Assembly: GCA_965205975.1 (NCBI GenBank)
Contig: OZ242195.1
Coordinates: 1,888,001 to 1,952,000 of the forward strand
Length of the DNA stretch: 64,000 bases
Origin: Candidatus Latescibacterota bacterium
GTDB taxonomy: Bacteria; Latescibacterota; UBA2968
Reading direction: 5' to 3'
Both the position numbers and the translations under genes were made by a program. The notes under the pieces are model-generated. The model saw nothing but the letters and a program-made list of their open reading frames with translations, had not been told where the DNA came from and did no database searches. Below, in pieces: positions 61,061 to 64,000 of the stretch. Every line of letters starts with the position of its first letter. The first letter of the stretch is position 1.

Positions 61061-61923
61061 TACTCGATAAAATAAAAACAACATCCACAATTGCTATTTC
61101 TATATCCGAGAGTCCAGATATGGAAGTACTTGGGCTAAGTGAAAGGCATCTGCAAGATGCAGCGGCTAAAATCGCGCTACGTCTGCTATCTTCTGGAAGA
61201 AGCTTGGCTTATGGTGGAGATCTACGTACTAAAGGGTTTACAGATCTGTTATTTGAACTGGCCTTGCGCTATCGGGGACATCCGCATCACAATGGAATAA
61301 TTACTGTGACTAACTACTTAGCATGGCCCATTCACCTTAGCATGACGGCCGACGAACTCGAGAAATATGTCGCAGAATACCATGGAACCGCCCAACTCGT
61401 CCTCATTGGGGAGGATGGGAAGCGGCTGTCGATGGAAGACCGCAAGGCACTATCATCTCGTAAACCCGATGCTAGCGAGAGGTCAAACGGACTGACAGCT
61501 ATGCGACAGGTCATGTGCGAGGAAACAGATGCACGCATTTTGCTCGGCGGGCACGTAGAGGATTACAAAGGGCGGATGCCGGGTATCGCAGAAGAAGCGT
61601 TGCTGTCGCTTCAGGTCAACCAGCCGGTATTCTTAATAGGCGGTTTTGGCGGCTGTGCACGTGACATAGCGGAAACAGTCGGGCTTGTGGAGCCTTGGAC
61701 TGGCTCTCGCCAGACTTGGTCGAGCCGGGAGCGGTTCAAATCCTACGGTCCAGACAGCTTACACAACGGACTTTCCACTGAAGAAAATCAGCTACTCGTC
61801 CAGACGCCGTATATTGACCAGTCAATGAGCTTAGTCATGAAAGGTCTTCATAGGCTACGCAATAGTAAAACTAAAGATGACCTAAACCAAAAGGAAGGCA
61901 ACTATGCACAAGGTGTTTATTAG
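61057..61923 (+). CDS. SLOG-domain protein (cluster 2-like nucleotide-binding Rossmann fold)
   Basis: 'IAISISES', 'LAYGGDLR', 'LTAMR', 'ILLGG..YKGRMPGIAEEA', 'PVFLIGGFGG'; ATGA overlap with the TIR gene. Confidence 0.8.
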   Translation: MILDKIKTTSTIAISISESPDMEVLGLSERHLQDAAAKIALRLLSSGRSLAYGGDLRTKGFTDLLFELALRYRGHPHHNGIITVTNYLAWPIHLSMTADELEKYVAEYHGTAQLVLIGEDGKRLSMEDRKALSSRKPDASERSNGLTAMRQVMCEETDARILLGGHVEDYKGRMPGIAEEALLSLQVNQPVFLIGGFGGCARDIAETVGLVEPWTGSRQTWSSRERFKSYGPDSLHNGLSTEENQLLVQTPYIDQSMSLVMKGLHRLRNSKTKDDLNQKEGNYAQGVY

Positions 61924-62500
61924 CTATCACCACGAAAACGATCAGTATTACAAAAACGCCTTGGTCGAATTCGGCTACCAGCATTCGATATTCATCGATG
62001 TCTCAGTCGATACCGGAGACATCTCTGAGGATCTAGATGATCAGCGCATACGAGAGATAATCAGAGACGGATACTTGCGAGACTCTACGGTTACGATCGT
62101 CTTGGTGGGAACTGATACAAAACGCAGAAAACATGTGGACTGGGAGATATACTCCAGTATGTATAGCGGTGTTGTGAACAAAAAATCCGGAATTGTGGTT
62201 GTCAATCTACCTGGGACATCGGATCTATGTACGGTAGCACACGAAGGCGAAAAAGAAGCTCTCTATCCAGATATATCTTCGTGGACATCAATCTCTACTA
62301 GGGTGGAATACGAACAGCGGTATCCGTACATGCCAGATCGCATTATTGATAATCTACTAAATCCAAAGGCTAAAATATCTGTTGTTCCATGGAACAGAAT
62401 CAACGCGACAAGTCTTAAGTTCCTGGTTGATGCAGCCTTTAATGATCGTGGCCGTTGCGAGTATGACTTAAGCCGACGAATGAGACGACACAATTCGTGA
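61904..62500 (+). CDS. ThsB-like TIR protein (MTH538/DUF1863 type)
   Basis: 'KVFISYHH.ND', 'YLRDSTVTIVLVG..T..RKHVDWEI..S'. Confidence 0.85.
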   Translation: MHKVFISYHHENDQYYKNALVEFGYQHSIFIDVSVDTGDISEDLDDQRIREIIRDGYLRDSTVTIVLVGTDTKRRKHVDWEIYSSMYSGVVNKKSGIVVVNLPGTSDLCTVAHEGEKEALYPDISSWTSISTRVEYEQRYPYMPDRIIDNLLNPKAKISVVPWNRINATSLKFLVDAAFNDRGRCEYDLSRRMRRHNS

Positions 62501-62559
62501 TTTCGCTTGGTATAGAGTACCACCCTGCCTATCCCCGGTTATGGCTGAATATCCATAAA

Positions 62560-63151
62560 CAACGATGAAGGGGAAGAACTAAAATCGGGAGATGTAGGCA
62601 CTATCATCCACGTCCACCCGGATGAAGAAGCCCTTGTTGTGGAGTTCATGTCCCTTGATGGCGACACAGTGTCGCAGATTTTCGACAGTGAGAAGATTTC
62701 CGAGACAGCGTTGCGGATTTTATCCAATCCGTCAATAGGAAAGATGCGACAGACAGTGTCTGTTAAATCTACTGAACACGCTGAGATTTCGCAGACACTG
62801 TCTGCAAAATTGGCGAAACGATTCGCGCTTGGCTAGTCCCACTACGTCATCCTTCTGTCCATCGACAACCCCGAAGAACGCCGCTTCTACGAATACTTCA
62901 ACTACTTTGACCGCTATGTGAAAACCGAAGACGAACTTCCGACTATCGGCATCGTGCTCTGCACCCGTAAGAACGATGCACTGGTCGAACTGACCCTGTC
63001 GGAAGAAGCCAATATTTACGCGTCGAAGTACCAACTCTACCTGCCATCAAAGCAAGATCTCGTGACCCAGCTTGAGCGCATTCAGAGAGAGCTTAGAAAT
63101 GGAAAAATGATGGATAGCCCGACGCTCAGGATCTATGACAAGGCATCATAG
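62560..63151 (+). pseudogene. Chimeric relic: DUF4926 fragment fused to a degraded DUF1016 (YhcG/PDDEXK) gene
   Basis: 'LKSGDVGTIIHV..VVEF..DG.T' then 'LG*SHY..LL.I...ERRFYE' joined directly to 'YFDRYVK..PTIGIVLC..IYASKYQLYLP'. Confidence 0.7.
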
Positions 63152-63181
63152 AATCGTGAGAGAATGGGCTGATACATGTTC

Positions 63182-63236
63182 GGGGGGCGTAATGGGGCGT
63201 AATGGGGCGCAATAGGGGCGCAATAGGGGCGCAATT
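63182..63236 (+). repeat. Five tandem GGGGCGYAAT(W) units upstream of hsdR
   Basis: GGGGCGTAAT x2, GGGGCGCAATA x2, GGGGCGCAATT. Confidence 0.85.
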
Positions 63237-63273
63237 GACCTAAAAGATACGCTCAAACTCTGGAAACCACAAC

Positions 63274-64000
63274 ATGACCGACCTTAAAATCACAGAGGCT
63301 GGCACTGTCCAATTCCCCATGGTTCGCCACGCAGCCGAGATCGGTTGGACCGCGATCTCGCCCAGTGTTGCCAGACAGAGGCGCGGCGATGAAGCGGAGA
63401 TGCTATTTCGCGACGAACTCGAAGCAAAGCTCACCGACTTCAATCCGTGGATGTCTGCTGACACCATACGTCAGATCATTGAGCGGATAGAAGCAATACC
63501 ACCGACGATTGAGGGAAATCGTGAGATGCTCAATTGGCTACGCGGAGAGCGGCAATGGTATGATGAATCCGAGAACCGACAACGGCATGTCCAGTTCATC
63601 GATTTTGAGCATCCAGCCAACAATATTTTTCACGTCACATGGGAATGGAAGATCAAACCTCCATCCCGCAAGGGCAACCGAGCAGACGTAATGTTTGTCA
63701 TCAACGGCATACCAGTCGCCATTGTCGAACACAAGAACCCGAAGACCGCCAATGCCATTGAACGGGGTATCACCCAATTGCGACGCTACGAAATGGAGAC
63801 ACCCGAGTTGATGGGAATGGCGCAACTCTTCAACGTCACGCATCTCCTCGAATACTGGTACGGTGTCACCTGGAACACCTCGCGCCGATTCATGGCACGC
63901 TGGAAAGAACGCCCGGATGAAACCTATCGCTTCGCTGTACAATCCTTCTTTGAGCCAACTGATTTTCTACGCACGCTACGAGACTGGATACTTTTCTATG
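63274..64000 (+). CDS. hsdR: Type I R-M restriction subunit, 3'-truncated by the window edge
   Basis: Own translation: [16 protein letters not shown]...IDFEHPANN...[21 protein letters not shown]...QLRRYE (HsdR nuclease D..E-x-K and Q..Y motifs); absent from the ORF track because it has no stop in the window. Confidence 0.9.
   Translation, partial: MTDLKITEAGTVQFPMVRHAAEIGWTAISPSVARQRRGDEAEMLFRDELEAKLTDFNPWMSADTIRQIIERIEAIPPTIEGNREMLNWLRGERQWYDESENRQRHVQFIDFEHPANNIFHVTWEWKIKPPSRKGNRADVMFVINGIPVAIVEHKNPKTANAIERGITQLRRYEMETPELMGMAQLFNVTHLLEYWYGVTWNTSRRFMARWKERPDETYRFAVQSFFEPTDFLRTLRDWILFY

Noticed and set aside
59888..62500. Canonical Thoeris thsA/thsB symbols
   Set aside because: No SIR2-SLOG or TM-Macro ThsA is present, so the symbols were not assigned.
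62834..62836. Pyrrolysine or stop-codon recoding at the in-frame TAG
   Set aside because: The gene is also truncated and internally deleted, and TAG is a normal stop elsewhere in the window.
63182..63236. CRISPR array
   Set aside because: Units are 10-11 bp in direct tandem with no spacers, and no cas genes are present.
63538..63942. 134-aa minus-strand ORF
   Set aside because: Antisense to the hsdR frame.

Overview
Bacterial chromosomal window. The gene content (many FG-GAP/ASPIC-UnbV, TPR, PhyH, Gfo/Idh/MocA, sulfatase and DUF6785-like genes) suggests an uncultured Latescibacterota/Poribacteria-like heterotroph; this is an inference. Positions 1-56.2 kb are transport and catabolic genes, including an almost unbroken minus-strand run of about 27 kb of secreted propeller/TPR/membrane genes (12.8-39.8 kb), purN, two internally deleted pseudogenes and several short REP-like repeat families. 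From 56.3 kb to the window end lies a compositionally distinct defence island. It is a type I R-M system whose HsdM carries an N-terminal XRE HTH and appears to be made from a leaderless mRNA. A clan AA aspartic protease sits between hsdM and hsdS. Between hsdS and hsdR lie a three-gene TIR / SLOG / TIR (Thoeris-like, no SIR2 or TM-Macro effector) cassette, a DUF4926-DUF1016 relic and a G-tract tandem repeat. No rRNA, tRNA, CRISPR array or transposase was recognised. All product calls come from motif recognition by eye; no searches were run.
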